DNA from: Minisyncoccota bacterium
GTDB lineage: Bacteria > Patescibacteriota > Minisyncoccia > Phycocordibacterales > XYD1-FULL-46-19
Reading direction: 5' to 3'
Length of the DNA stretch: 50,911 nucleotides
NCBI GenBank assembly: GCA_041664425.1
Contig: JBAYKU010000004.1
Location: 1-50,911 of the forward strand
Shown piece by piece: positions 33,825-43,547 of this stretch. Positions within the stretch are counted from its first letter, which is position 1; the number at the start of each line of letters is the position of its first letter. A program made the translations under genes and the position numbers. The notes under the pieces were generated by a model that made no database searches, was not told the DNA's origin, and saw only the letters and a list, made by a program, of their open reading frames with translations.

Positions 33825-34175
33825 TTAGACAAATTCGATTACGGCCATTTTACTGCCATCACCTTGGCGAGCTGGCAATTTGAGAATGCGGGTATAGCCA
33901 CCTGGGCGACTAATATAGCGAGGACCAATCACTTTGAAAAGCTTTTCTAAGCGCTGACCACCACCGAGCACTTCCACCACCAAACGGCGCTTGGAGACAG
34001 TGTCTTCCTTGGCCTTAGTGACAATCTTTTCAATAAAAGGACGTAATTCCTTGGCTTTAGCCTCGGTTGTCTTAATGCGGTCACGTAAAATGAGAGAGCC
34101 AGCCAAGGTACGCAAAAGAGCCGTCCGTTGTCCGGTCTTTCGTCCTAATTTTCTGGCTGTTTGGTGGTGCTTCAT
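33825..34175 (-). CDS. rplQ: 50S ribosomal protein L17
   Basis: Starts MKHHQTARKLGRKTGQRTALLRTLA and contains GGYTRILK. Confidence 0.95.
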   Translation of the reverse strand: MKHHQTARKLGRKTGQRTALLRTLAGSLILRDRIKTTEAKAKELRPFIEKIVTKAKEDTVSKRRLVVEVLGGGQRLEKLFKVIGPRYISRPGGYTRILKLPARQGDGSKMAVIEFV

Positions 34176-34195
34176 AATTATTTTTTACTGCTTGC

Positions 34196-35179
34196 CTACT
34201 TTAACACAATTCCGAAATTACTCAATGCCTGCTTGATTTCTTGGATTCCCTTGTCCCCTAAACCATCAACTTCAAGCAAATCCTCAATCTTCTTGCGGAT
34301 CAAGCCCCCGACAGTGCGAATACTAGCACCAGCGAGTGCTTTTTGAGTGCGAAGTGATAAATTCAAATCTTCAATCCGAGTTTTCAAGAAATCCTCGTCT
34401 TCTTTGGTCTCAGCTTTATCAGCCCCATCAGCGGCGGTAAAACCATCGGCGCTATCATCAGTCGAATCTACTTCATCTTCTTCAATAAAACCAACCACGG
34501 CTTTAAGCTGAGCAATCATGATTTGAATCGAACGCTCGAGAGCCTCGCGAGGAGAGATGGAACCATCAGTTTCTAAACTGACGCGGAGTTTGTTGTAATC
34601 AGTACGATCACCAACGCGCATTGGCTCGACTTCATAGCTAACGCGACGAATTGGGGTAAAAATAGCATCAGTGGCAATCATGCCAATATCTACTTTATCT
34701 TTTTTCAAAACTTCCTTTGGCATATAACCGAGACCTTTTTCTAGAGTGATCTCAATGTCCAAAGAAACATTTTTATCGGTAATAGTGGCGATGTGTTGGT
34801 CTTTATTCATGACCTCCACCTGCCCAGGTACCTCAATATCACCAGCCGAGATGTCTTTGACACCTTTTGCCTTGATATAAATAGTTTGGGCTTCATCACC
34901 GACTACTTTGAAACGGGTGCGCTTCAAATTGAGGATGATAGTAATAACATCTTCCTTCACACCTTCGATCGTCGAAAACTCATGGTTAACACCGTCAATT
35001 TTGACAGTGGTAATCGCAAAACCAGGCAAAGACGAAAGAATAATTCGTCGCAATGAGTTGCCCAAGGTATGCCCATAACCAGGGTACAAACCGTCTATTT
35101 CATAAACACCGGAGAAGCTATCTTCGGCGATGATACTCGGCTTGGAGGGTAAGATAATGTTGAAATCAGGCATAGACAA
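34196..35179 (-). CDS. rpoA: DNA-directed RNA polymerase subunit alpha
   Basis: Contains GYGHTLGNSLRRILLSS-like GNSLRRIILSSLPG. The C-terminal domain has LNLSLRTQKALAGASIRTVGGL. Confidence 0.95.
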   Translation of the reverse strand: MSMPDFNIILPSKPSIIAEDSFSGVYEIDGLYPGYGHTLGNSLRRIILSSLPGFAITTVKIDGVNHEFSTIEGVKEDVITIILNLKRTRFKVVGDEAQTIYIKAKGVKDISAGDIEVPGQVEVMNKDQHIATITDKNVSLDIEITLEKGLGYMPKEVLKKDKVDIGMIATDAIFTPIRRVSYEVEPMRVGDRTDYNKLRVSLETDGSISPREALERSIQIMIAQLKAVVGFIEEDEVDSTDDSADGFTAADGADKAETKEDEDFLKTRIEDLNLSLRTQKALAGASIRTVGGLIRKKIEDLLEVDGLGDKGIQEIKQALSNFGIVLK

Positions 35180-35217
35180 TTAGCTAGATTAATAAAAAAA
35201 TAAGACCTTTTATAAAA

Positions 35218-35844
35218 TTATACGCGACTATAATATTCGAGAATGGCGCTGAAGTTCAAAGTCACTTCAGTTTGACCCATAATCGGTTCACCTTTAATCA
35301 AACCTTCGTTCTTGTCCAAATCATAAGACAACCAGTTAGGTGAACTGTAATCCTTTTGGCGTTCAGCTAAATTACGGAAAGGACCAATCTCTCGGCTACC
35401 AGGACGGATAGAAACGATATTGCCAATAGTAATCATGGCCGAAGGCACAGTGGTCTTGCGACCATTGACCATGATATGACCATGAGAGACGATCTGACGA
35501 GCAGTCAAGCGAGATGGTACCAAACCCAAACGGAAAACAATATTGTCCAAACGGCTCTCTAATTGTTTGAAGAGTTCTAGTGAAGGGTTGCCACCTTTGA
35601 TAGCGCGAGCTTTTTTGACGTAATTAGAAAATTGGCGCTCACTGATACCGTAAGCAAAACGAGCCTTTTGTTTTTCCAGCAATTGCTGGCCATATTCACT
35701 ACCACCACGGCGACCGCGTTTGGCATTGGCGCCACCCTTGGTCTTTTTCTCGACACCAGAAACAGTAAACTTAGTAGTCTGACACTTGGAAAAAACCCGA
35801 TCTCCGAGGCGACGACAAATTTTATAACGTGGTCCGATTTGCAT
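35218..35844 (-). CDS. rpsD: 30S ribosomal protein S4
   Basis: Starts with GPRYKICRRLG, contains YGQQLLEKQK, and has an S4 RNA-binding domain (RLDNIVFRLGLVPSRLTARQIVSHGHI). Confidence 0.95.
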   Translation of the reverse strand: MQIGPRYKICRRLGDRVFSKCQTTKFTVSGVEKKTKGGANAKRGRRGGSEYGQQLLEKQKARFAYGISERQFSNYVKKARAIKGGNPSLELFKQLESRLDNIVFRLGLVPSRLTARQIVSHGHIMVNGRKTTVPSAMITIGNIVSIRPGSREIGPFRNLAERQKDYSSPNWLSYDLDKNEGLIKGEPIMGQTEVTLNFSAILEYYSRV

Positions 35845-35875
35845 AGTAGTGAAAAGTAAAAACTGAAATTAAATA

Positions 35876-36304
35876 TTAAACGCGACGAGGCTTTGGTGCC
35901 TTGGGACCATTAAACGGAACCGGTGTTTTATCCTGGATACGATTAATCACAAAACCCTTGGCAATAAAGGAACGAATGGCTGATTCGCGACCAGAACCAA
36001 TGCCCTTGATCACAATATCAACCTCCTTCATACCCATAGTCAAAGCCTTGTCAGCCAAGAGTTCGCCTACCTTGCCAGCGGCAAAAGGAGTCCCCTTTTT
36101 GGAACCCTTGAAACCAAGTGAACCGGATGAAGACCAGGCTACAACTTTACCCTCTCTGTCGGCTAGGTTGATAGTGGTGTTGTTGTAGGAAGCATTAATA
36201 TGCAAGACACCGTGGTCAATCTTGCGCTTGGTAGCACGAGCCGATGAACGCTTTTGGCCTTCACCTTCACTGCCAGACTTTTTGATGATTCGTTTCTTTC
36301 CCAT
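35876..36304 (-). CDS. rpsK: 30S ribosomal protein S11
   Basis: Contains HINASYNNTTINLAD, GSKKGTPFAA and GSGRESAIR. Confidence 0.95.
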   Translation of the reverse strand: MGKKRIIKKSGSEGEGQKRSSARATKRKIDHGVLHINASYNNTTINLADREGKVVAWSSSGSLGFKGSKKGTPFAAGKVGELLADKALTMGMKEVDIVIKGIGSGRESAIRSFIAKGFVINRIQDKTPVPFNGPKAPKPRRV

Positions 36305-36418
36305 ATTTACCCTCCAAAGTTTTCATTAATAAAGCGACCATGGCCAAAAGTCATATTTTCTACCTTATTCTGATTTTTGTTGATTTTATTCATTTTGGTT
36401 GAAAATTTAGGAGGGGAA

Positions 36419-36799
36419 CTATTTCTTTTCTACTTTCTTCTTACCAGAACCCATGGTCTTACGAGTGTTACCACGACGAGTACGGGAGTTGGTCTTGGTG
36501 CGTTGACCGCGACTAGGGAGACTGTGGGCATGGCGGGATCCGCGATAGCACTTGATATCCTTTAAACGCTTAATATTGCCGGAAACTTCACGCTTTAAAT
36601 CGCCTTCGATACGCATTGATTCGACAATCTTACGGATACGGGCCTCTTCTTCGGCTGAAATTTTGTCAGCTTTAGCGGCGGCGTCAACTTTGGCTTCAGC
36701 TAAAATTTTCTTAGCCAAAGGACGACCAATACCGAAGATACTGGTCAGAGAAATATCTAAACGCTTGCCATTAGGAATGGTAATACCTGAGATACGCAT
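36419..36799 (-). CDS. rpsM: 30S ribosomal protein S13
   Basis: Starts MRISGITIPNGKRLDISLTSIFGIG and contains YRGSRHAHSLPSRGQRTKTN. Confidence 0.95.
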   Translation of the reverse strand: MRISGITIPNGKRLDISLTSIFGIGRPLAKKILAEAKVDAAAKADKISAEEEARIRKIVESMRIEGDLKREVSGNIKRLKDIKCYRGSRHAHSLPSRGQRTKTNSRTRRGNTRKTMGSGKKKVEKK

Positions 36800-36801
36800 A
36801 T

Positions 36802-36918
36802 TTAGGCTTGTTTTTGCTTATGACGCGGTTTATTTGGGCAAATAATATAAAGATGGCCGCGTCTTTTGACCATCTTGCATTGTGCACAACGCTTTTTAAT
36901 AGTGGATCGTACTTTCAT
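36802..36918 (-). CDS. rpmJ: 50S ribosomal protein L36 (38 aa; absent from the ORF track)
   Basis: Manual translation gives MKVRSTIKKRCAQCKMVKRRGHLYIICPNKPRHKQKQA*. It has the characteristic C..C...C...H zinc-ribbon pattern and sits between infA and rpsM. Confidence 0.9.
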   Translation of the reverse strand: MKVRSTIKKRCAQCKMVKRRGHLYIICPNKPRHKQKQA

Positions 36919-37046
36919 CCCAATAGAAATTTATACCTGCTTGTATTAATACTGATTAAACTTTTAGCCCGTTTGTTATTTCTAACACAATTTTATTGGA
37001 AAGTAAAATTTCTGACGGGATAAATAAAAATTAGGTAAACAGAGGT

Positions 37047-37283
37047 CTACAGGCGGCGCATAATCCGCCCTTTACCGCCATAAGGATCGAGGACCAGAGA
37101 AACCTTGTCACCTATCAAGACTCGAATGCGATTGAGGCGCATCTTGCCAGACAGATAAGCCAGGATTTCTTTTTCTTCTGGATTCTCTATTTTAACCTTA
37201 AAAAGCGTGTTGGGTAGGGCCTCAGTAATGACGCCCGGAACCAGCTCTTCTCCTTTAGAGGAGAGTATATTGTTTTCACTCAT
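37047..37283 (-). CDS. infA: translation initiation factor IF-1 (start moved to MSENN)
   Basis: S1-like fold sequence [18 protein letters not shown]...[20 protein letters not shown]. Confidence 0.9.
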   Translation of the reverse strand: MSENNILSSKGEELVPGVITEALPNTLFKVKIENPEEKEILAYLSGKMRLNRIRVLIGDKVSLVLDPYGGKGRIMRRL

Positions 37284-37331
37284 GTTTACCAAAATGCATA
37301 GTAGCAAATTATAACCCCTAAAGTCAAGGGA

Positions 37332-38669
37332 TTATGACTTTTTGGCTACCTTATCGATTTCAATTATTATTTTATCCTTGTCGGTGGGGAAAGTCCAGAG
37401 CCAGGGTGGGAAAAAGACGACCCTTACTTGGCCAATAGAGCCAAAATCTGGCCAGACTTTTTCGGCCTCTTTCTTACCTAGTCCAATTAGACGGTCTTTG
37501 ACTTTATTTTGGTCAAAAGTCCAAACAACATTACCAGTACCGTCTAAACTAAAGGAGATTTTGGCGGTCTTTTCCAAGTCCAAAATATCTTTATTTTGTA
37601 GGGCAAATTCTAAAGACTCAAGATTGGTGATTTCTACTGGAGTATTGTCGTAATTGGGAATTAATTTTTGGGCGTAAAAGCCGGCTAATTCAGTTCGCTT
37701 AAAGATGATGCCGGAAAGGGTGGCTTTAACTGCCACATAAGCTTTATCAGCCGACAAAGTAGTATCATTGATGACTTGGTCCTCGTAATTAATTTTAACC
37801 GCATCAGTAAACAAAATATATTCGTCCGGGACATCTTGTTTGGCTTTGACGATCAGGCGGTCGCGTAAAATCTTTTGTAATTCAGCACGATTTTTATCTA
37901 AATCAGCCTGAGAGACTTTACGAACAGTCCCAACAAAACCGCCTTTAATATCGGCTTTGGACCGACCAAAGATAGTTTTAAACTTAGCTGTACCAGCAAA
38001 ACCAGGGATCGTAAAATCGGTAGCCGAGCGGTTGTACTCAGCACCAGCCTTGTCGGCTATGACGACGGCTAAAACTGAACCCGGGGTGACCTCTGTGCCC
38101 TTTTTGACAGCAGCCGGTATGGAAATGGCCTCTTTTAGACGGTAAATCTTGCTATCAGGGGCCTGGAAACGAGTATTGGCGACTAGTTTCTGCTTGGTGG
38201 TATTTTGGTTGTAAGCAACGACCTGACCCTCGGCTCTCTTTTCCACTTTTTCTTGACCTGAAGCATTAACTAGAACCTTTTCACTATCTTCTACTTTGGA
38301 AACAGTATCGTATGACAAGGTGGCGGCAGTGCTACTGCTGGTCGTATCACGTTTAGTAGCATCTTCTACCCCACTCAAAAATAGACCACCCTGTTTGGGA
38401 GCAATAATAACGGTAGCTTTACCAAAAAACATACCCCATACCACCATCAATAGGGCTACAACAACGACTGAAACCAAAGCCGTTCCCAACCATTTTCGCC
38501 ATTTAGGCTGACGACGAGAAACGGCTCGTGACCAATCTTCTTCGGGGTTAGTATCTCGATGGCTATGATTAGCCCCACGATAAATTTCTTCTATTTCGTC
38601 AGCGCGACTAATTTTTTTTTCTGAAGGCAAAGTAGTTTTTGAAGATTTCTTAAGATTAATATCTTTCAT
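37332..38669 (-). CDS. hypothetical single-pass membrane protein (445 aa)
   Basis: One TM segment (LGTALVSVVVVALLMVVWGMFF) followed by a large extracytoplasmic region. No motif recognised. Lies 20 nt downstream of the actin-fold gene. Confidence 0.55.
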   Translation of the reverse strand: MKDINLKKSSKTTLPSEKKISRADEIEEIYRGANHSHRDTNPEEDWSRAVSRRQPKWRKWLGTALVSVVVVALLMVVWGMFFGKATVIIAPKQGGLFLSGVEDATKRDTTSSSTAATLSYDTVSKVEDSEKVLVNASGQEKVEKRAEGQVVAYNQNTTKQKLVANTRFQAPDSKIYRLKEAISIPAAVKKGTEVTPGSVLAVVIADKAGAEYNRSATDFTIPGFAGTAKFKTIFGRSKADIKGGFVGTVRKVSQADLDKNRAELQKILRDRLIVKAKQDVPDEYILFTDAVKINYEDQVINDTTLSADKAYVAVKATLSGIIFKRTELAGFYAQKLIPNYDNTPVEITNLESLEFALQNKDILDLEKTAKISFSLDGTGNVVWTFDQNKVKDRLIGLGKKEAEKVWPDFGSIGQVRVVFFPPWLWTFPTDKDKIIIEIDKVAKKS

Positions 38670-38689
38670 ACGATTTTAAAAGATTTATT

Positions 38690-39859
38690 TTACAGACTTT
38701 TAGAAAAAACTGGCGCTACTAAATTGAGAAAAGGCGAAGCGCCAGTAAACATTGTAGATTTTATTGGCGACAAATTCAATAGTGCCGCTACAGTGGATAA
38801 ATTAAAATACTTTTTATTGATAACTAATTCTTGCAAAGCTGGATCACGAATGAAATCTTGAATAAATAGTGTTGATAGCTCGTCGCCCAATAAGTAGATT
38901 GTCGGAAAAACAAAAGTCGTGGCTGAGATATTATTAAAAGCGGCCAAAAAATATTCCAACCAAGCTTTTCTCTCTTTAGCTACAACGGCTTCAAATTTAA
39001 CCCGAGCGTCATCTGTTAGTTTATTTTGAAAATAAAGTTTGATAGTGGAAACCACATCAGCCGGGGTGCTACCTAGACTTTCGGCCAAACTTCGGCGCAT
39101 AAAATTAAAACCATAAGGAAAAGAAAAATGAGTGACGAGGGCGCGATCGTGAACCACGGCAATGTCAGTAAATTCCCCACCGGCATCAATCACTAGATAA
39201 TCATCCCTGTCGTTACCCAGCAGAGCATCTAGACCCATAAAAGCGGTGGCGGGGAAAGTATGAAAACGAATATTCTCCTGTTGGGTGCCAGCTTTGATAG
39301 TCTTCTCTATCTCGGACATAATTTTATTTGAGCCATAACTAAGGCCATGTATCAATTTCAGGCTCTTGGTTTTTTGACCCAAACAGTCATTGACGCGATA
39401 GCCATTGAGCTCGGCGGTAAAGATATCATTTTCAATCAAGCGATTAGTATCACCAGTAAATTGAGTAAAAAGAGGTGTTTGATCGGCCATAAAACTTTTA
39501 ACCGATTCCGCCATCAGACTATCAATCAGCTTTTTGTCCACCAGAAAAGGCTGGTCTTTATTCACTTCGAGAGTCTTGATGCCGTTAATAAAAAGTGGGG
39601 CCGGTAAAATGCAGTGATAGGCAGTGGGTTTGGGGGCAGAAGATTTTTGGAGTTCGGTTAAAACTTCGGTCAGACCTTGATAGATAGCTGTGCTAAAATT
39701 TTCGATACTATCACGAGCCGAGCTAGTTAAATCTTTTTTAGCCGAAAAGACAATCGCTCCATTTTGAGCAATCGCAGCCTCAATACCACCACTACCGATG
39801 GCAATCAGACCAACAACTAAAGACTCTTTTTCTTTCTTACCCCTAGAGAAAAAGCTCAT
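38690..39859 (-). CDS. actin-fold ATPase-like protein (PilM/FtsA-like)
   Basis: Phosphate-1-like VVGLIAIGSGGIEAAI and phosphate-2-like LVIDAGGEFTDIAVV motifs. The family assignment is tentative. Confidence 0.4.
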   Translation of the reverse strand: MSFFSRGKKEKESLVVGLIAIGSGGIEAAIAQNGAIVFSAKKDLTSSARDSIENFSTAIYQGLTEVLTELQKSSAPKPTAYHCILPAPLFINGIKTLEVNKDQPFLVDKKLIDSLMAESVKSFMADQTPLFTQFTGDTNRLIENDIFTAELNGYRVNDCLGQKTKSLKLIHGLSYGSNKIMSEIEKTIKAGTQQENIRFHTFPATAFMGLDALLGNDRDDYLVIDAGGEFTDIAVVHDRALVTHFSFPYGFNFMRRSLAESLGSTPADVVSTIKLYFQNKLTDDARVKFEAVVAKERKAWLEYFLAAFNNISATTFVFPTIYLLGDELSTLFIQDFIRDPALQELVINKKYFNLSTVAALLNLSPIKSTMFTGASPFLNLVAPVFSKSL

Positions 39860-39984
39860 GAGGTAATTATAGCACGAAGATAATTAAAAATTCAAAAATT
39901 CACCCTATAGAATAATTTGTTTACAAATTAGCTTTACTATTCAATAGGGTAAAAAATGCAAAATTGCAGTGCAAAATTTAAAAG

Positions 39985-41793
39985 TTATTCCAACACCGCC
40001 TTGATTCTTCGCACCCCGGCGGCGACGGCTTCTTCCTTGGTGATTTTGAAAGTTCCCAGGTCGGCGGTATTGGCAACATGAGGACCACCGCAGAATTCGG
40101 TGCTGAATGATCCAATCTTATAAACCTTGACCATATCGCCGTACTTAGACAGGTCAAAAGACAGGGTGGTGACGATTTTCTGAGCTTCTTCTTTTGGTAA
40201 TTCAAGCATCTCCACTGGAATTTTCTCGGCAATTTTTTCGTTAACTAGGTCATCGACTGCTTTTAATTGCTCGGCGGTCAGTTTTTCGGGCCAATTAAAA
40301 TCAAAACGCAGGCGTTCGGTGGTGATATTGCTCCCCTTTTGCACAATGTCGGTGCCGAGGACTTGGCGCAAAGAAGCGAGCAGGAGGTGAGTGGCAGTGT
40401 GATATTTGGTCTCCATCTCGCCCGTGCCGGCTAGTCCCCCTTTGAATTTTTGCTCCGCGCCAGCTTTTGAGAGATCTTGATGTTGTTTCATCTCTTTTTG
40501 AAAACCATCCATATCAACAACTACTCCTTTTTCTTTAGCGATTTCTAAAGTTAATTCTATTGGAAAACCATCCTCTTGATATAAATCAAATGCTTGTTTA
40601 CCAGTTAAAGAGAAAGGAATATTTTCAAAGGCTTTTATATCTTTTACATCTTGGTTAATCGGTCCTTTAATTTTAATTTCCAATTTTTTTAGACCTCTTT
40701 CCAGGGTTAATCGAAACTTATTTTCTTCGGCGCTAATAGCCTCGAGGACTTTAGTTTTGTTGGCAGTCAATTCAGGATAAAAATCACCATACTGAGCGAT
40801 GATTTGCTCGGCTAGGGTCACCAGAGAGCCGGCAGGTAGGCCAATCTGGTCGGCAAAGCGCACAGCGCGACGCAGGAGACGACGGAGAACATAACCACGG
40901 TCAGTATTGGAAGGTAGAGCACCATCGGCGATCATAAAAACAGCGGATCGGAGGTGGTCCGCCACTATTCTTTCGGCTTTGAGGTCGGATTTTTGGGCTT
41001 GGGCGCGAATGGTCGAGATTAGCGGAGCAAACAGGTCAGTATCATAAACATTATTTTTACCCTGCAAGACCATAGTGAGACGTTCGAGACCGGCACCAGT
41101 ATCTACGTTCTTTTGAGCCAGCTTGCCGATCACTTGGCCGTCCTTTTTCTCGTATTCCATAAAAACGTCGTTCCAGATCTCGACAACATCACGACGGCCA
41201 TCAGCTGATTGATATTCTTCTAGGGTAATGTCACCCAGACCAGCTTCGGTGACATCATAAAACATTTCCGAATCGGGACCACAAGGGCCGTTGTCACCAG
41301 GACTCCACCAATTGTTTTCGGCCGGTAAATAAAAAATCCGATTAGCTGGCACGCCGACAGATTGCCAGATCTGGGCCGACTCTTCATCGCGGGGAGCATT
41401 TTCGTCGCCAGCAAAAACCGTCACATAGAGACGCGCGGGATCGAGACCGAAGCCTTCATTTTTATCAGTGAGCAATTCCCAACTCCACTTGATCGCCTCG
41501 GCTTTAAAATAATCACCGAGTGACCAATTGCCGAGCATTTGGAAAAAAGACAGGTGAGTATTGTCGCCAATATCATCAATATCAGTAGTGCGAACGCATT
41601 TTTGAACATCGGCAATCCTCTGACCGGCCGGATGTTTTTGACCGAGGAGATAGGGCACTAGCGGCATCATACCGGCCGTATTAAAGAGAACCGAAGGATC
41701 ATTTTCGGGAATGAGCGGAGCGGACGGAATAATAGTGTGTCCCCGATCGGCAAAAAATTTTAGAAACCGGTCGCGAATTTCATTGGAAGTCAT
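39985..41793 (-). CDS. alaS: alanyl-tRNA synthetase, short form (catalytic, tRNA-recognition and editing domains; no C-Ala domain)
   Basis: Starts MTSNEIRDRFLKFFADRGHTIIPSAPLIPENDPSVLFNTAGM. Has the editing-domain HTATHLL and CGGPHV motifs. Length is 602 aa. Confidence 0.9.
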   Translation of the reverse strand: MTSNEIRDRFLKFFADRGHTIIPSAPLIPENDPSVLFNTAGMMPLVPYLLGQKHPAGQRIADVQKCVRTTDIDDIGDNTHLSFFQMLGNWSLGDYFKAEAIKWSWELLTDKNEGFGLDPARLYVTVFAGDENAPRDEESAQIWQSVGVPANRIFYLPAENNWWSPGDNGPCGPDSEMFYDVTEAGLGDITLEEYQSADGRRDVVEIWNDVFMEYEKKDGQVIGKLAQKNVDTGAGLERLTMVLQGKNNVYDTDLFAPLISTIRAQAQKSDLKAERIVADHLRSAVFMIADGALPSNTDRGYVLRRLLRRAVRFADQIGLPAGSLVTLAEQIIAQYGDFYPELTANKTKVLEAISAEENKFRLTLERGLKKLEIKIKGPINQDVKDIKAFENIPFSLTGKQAFDLYQEDGFPIELTLEIAKEKGVVVDMDGFQKEMKQHQDLSKAGAEQKFKGGLAGTGEMETKYHTATHLLLASLRQVLGTDIVQKGSNITTERLRFDFNWPEKLTAEQLKAVDDLVNEKIAEKIPVEMLELPKEEAQKIVTTLSFDLSKYGDMVKVYKIGSFSTEFCGGPHVANTADLGTFKITKEEAVAAGVRRIKAVLE

Positions 41794-41811
41794 AGAGATA
41801 ATTTACCATAT

Positions 41812-42867
41812 TTAACGAATGATGCCACCTCCCAAACAAACCTCGCCATCATAAATCACCACTGACTGGCCGGAAGCGGGTGAAGTGACCGGCTCGGTAA
41901 AAGTTACCACTAGCTCACCATTGGTCTTCTCCTCCACCTGACAAGCAGTCAGAGCTCCACGATGGCGCAAGCGTGCCTGATATAATTTGTGCGAAATCCA
42001 ATCTCGCACAGTGAGGCGGTTTACATTTTCGAGGGTGATGGTGCCGACTTGATCAGATGAGCCAGACAGAGGATTAGTCGAAACCGTCAAAATGTTATTG
42101 GCCAAATCTTTAGCCACAATATAATAAGGTTTTTCATCACTAGCTTGCTGGTGAATAGTAAAACCGTGGCGTTCACCGATGGTAAATAAATAGACTCCGT
42201 CATGTTCACCCACTACCGCCCCTTGTTCATTTTTCACCATCCCCTTTTTCACCCCGATTTTTTCTCGTAAAAATTTCTTAAAATCAAAATCACCGACAAA
42301 GCACAGACCCTGACTATCGGGCTTGTCAGCGTTGGCCAAGCCGAACTTCTGAGCCAATTTTCTCACTTCCTCTTTTTTTAGATCACCGAGAGGAAAAAGG
42401 ATTTGTGATAATTTCTCACGATCAATGGCATACAAGAAATAAGTCTGGTCTTTGGTCTTATCGGCCGGAATCAGCATCTGGCCAGCTGATTGCTTGGCAT
42501 AGTGGCCTGTCGCGACATATTCAGCGCCATGAGTGATGGCCCAATCATAAAAAGCTCCGAACTTGATCTGCTGGTTGCACATCACATCAGGATTGGGTGT
42601 CCGGCCGGCGCGGTACTGCTCCAACATATAATCTACCACTGCTTGCTCATACTCTTTCGATAAATCAATAGTATAAAGCGGAATATCGAGAATGGCCGCG
42701 GCGGTAAAAGCGGCTCGCCTCTCCAAACGCCAAGAGCAGTCTCCCCCAATCTCGATTTTAATAAAAATACCAACGACAGAATAACCTTGTTTTTTTAACA
42801 AAGCCGCCCCAACAGACGAATCTACTCCGCCTGACATACCAACAAAGACTGTCTTTTTTGCCTTCAT
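41812..42867 (-). CDS. mnmA: tRNA-specific 2-thiouridylase
   Basis: PP-loop VGMSGGVDSSV, then CNQQIKF and ATGHYA. Confidence 0.9.
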   Translation of the reverse strand: MKAKKTVFVGMSGGVDSSVGAALLKKQGYSVVGIFIKIEIGGDCSWRLERRAAFTAAAILDIPLYTIDLSKEYEQAVVDYMLEQYRAGRTPNPDVMCNQQIKFGAFYDWAITHGAEYVATGHYAKQSAGQMLIPADKTKDQTYFLYAIDREKLSQILFPLGDLKKEEVRKLAQKFGLANADKPDSQGLCFVGDFDFKKFLREKIGVKKGMVKNEQGAVVGEHDGVYLFTIGERHGFTIHQQASDEKPYYIVAKDLANNILTVSTNPLSGSSDQVGTITLENVNRLTVRDWISHKLYQARLRHRGALTACQVEEKTNGELVVTFTEPVTSPASGQSVVIYDGEVCLGGGIIR

Positions 42868-42876
42868 AAGACCAAC

Positions 42877-43428
42877 TTAGCGCTTCAGGAGCTTTTTGTA
42901 AATTTCGAAAGTGGCCCGGATATCAGCCAGAGCCGAGTGAGCCTTCTCATTTTCTACACCAAAATATCTAGCCAGGGCGCCCAGATTGAAACGCTCTAAA
43001 GCTTCATCATCATGATGTTTAGCAAAAACCATTGAAATCAAATCTAAACGTTGGAAATGCATCCGATTGGCCACACCAGTTTTAGCAAAAGCTTCTTTGA
43101 GGAAACTCCAATCAAAAAAGACATTTTGTCCCACCATGACACAATCGGCTGTTTTATCAGCGATAATTTGCATTACCGCTTTGAGATCGGGGGCAAACAT
43201 CCACTCCATCTCATTGTAGCTATTGATCCGTAAAGCATCTGGATCAGCTGTCTCTAAGTGTTCCGGTTTGACTTTATATTCAAATTCTTCGATTACTTCA
43301 AAAATCCTCTCGCCATTGGGCCAAACACTTTGGTGCACAATAATACAACCCACTTCAATAATTTCATGGCGATCAGGATCCAACCCAGTAGTTTCTAGGT
43401 CAATAAAAGCAAGATTATGCTTCCTCAT
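42877..43428 (-). CDS. DEDDh 3'-5' exonuclease (DnaQ/epsilon-like)
   Basis: ExoI FIDLETTGLDP, ExoII NVFFDWSFL and ExoIII HSALADIRAT. Confidence 0.8.
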   Translation of the reverse strand: MRKHNLAFIDLETTGLDPDRHEIIEVGCIIVHQSVWPNGERIFEVIEEFEYKVKPEHLETADPDALRINSYNEMEWMFAPDLKAVMQIIADKTADCVMVGQNVFFDWSFLKEAFAKTGVANRMHFQRLDLISMVFAKHHDDEALERFNLGALARYFGVENEKAHSALADIRATFEIYKKLLKR

Positions 43429-43547
43429 CCCATTAGAAACAGATCGCGACCAAAATATCGCTTTCCGTCTTTTTTACTTTAGTTAATAAAATTTTCTTCA
43501 TATTATTTTTAGCACCCTCTGCGATCGCGGTTTCTAACGGGACAAGA

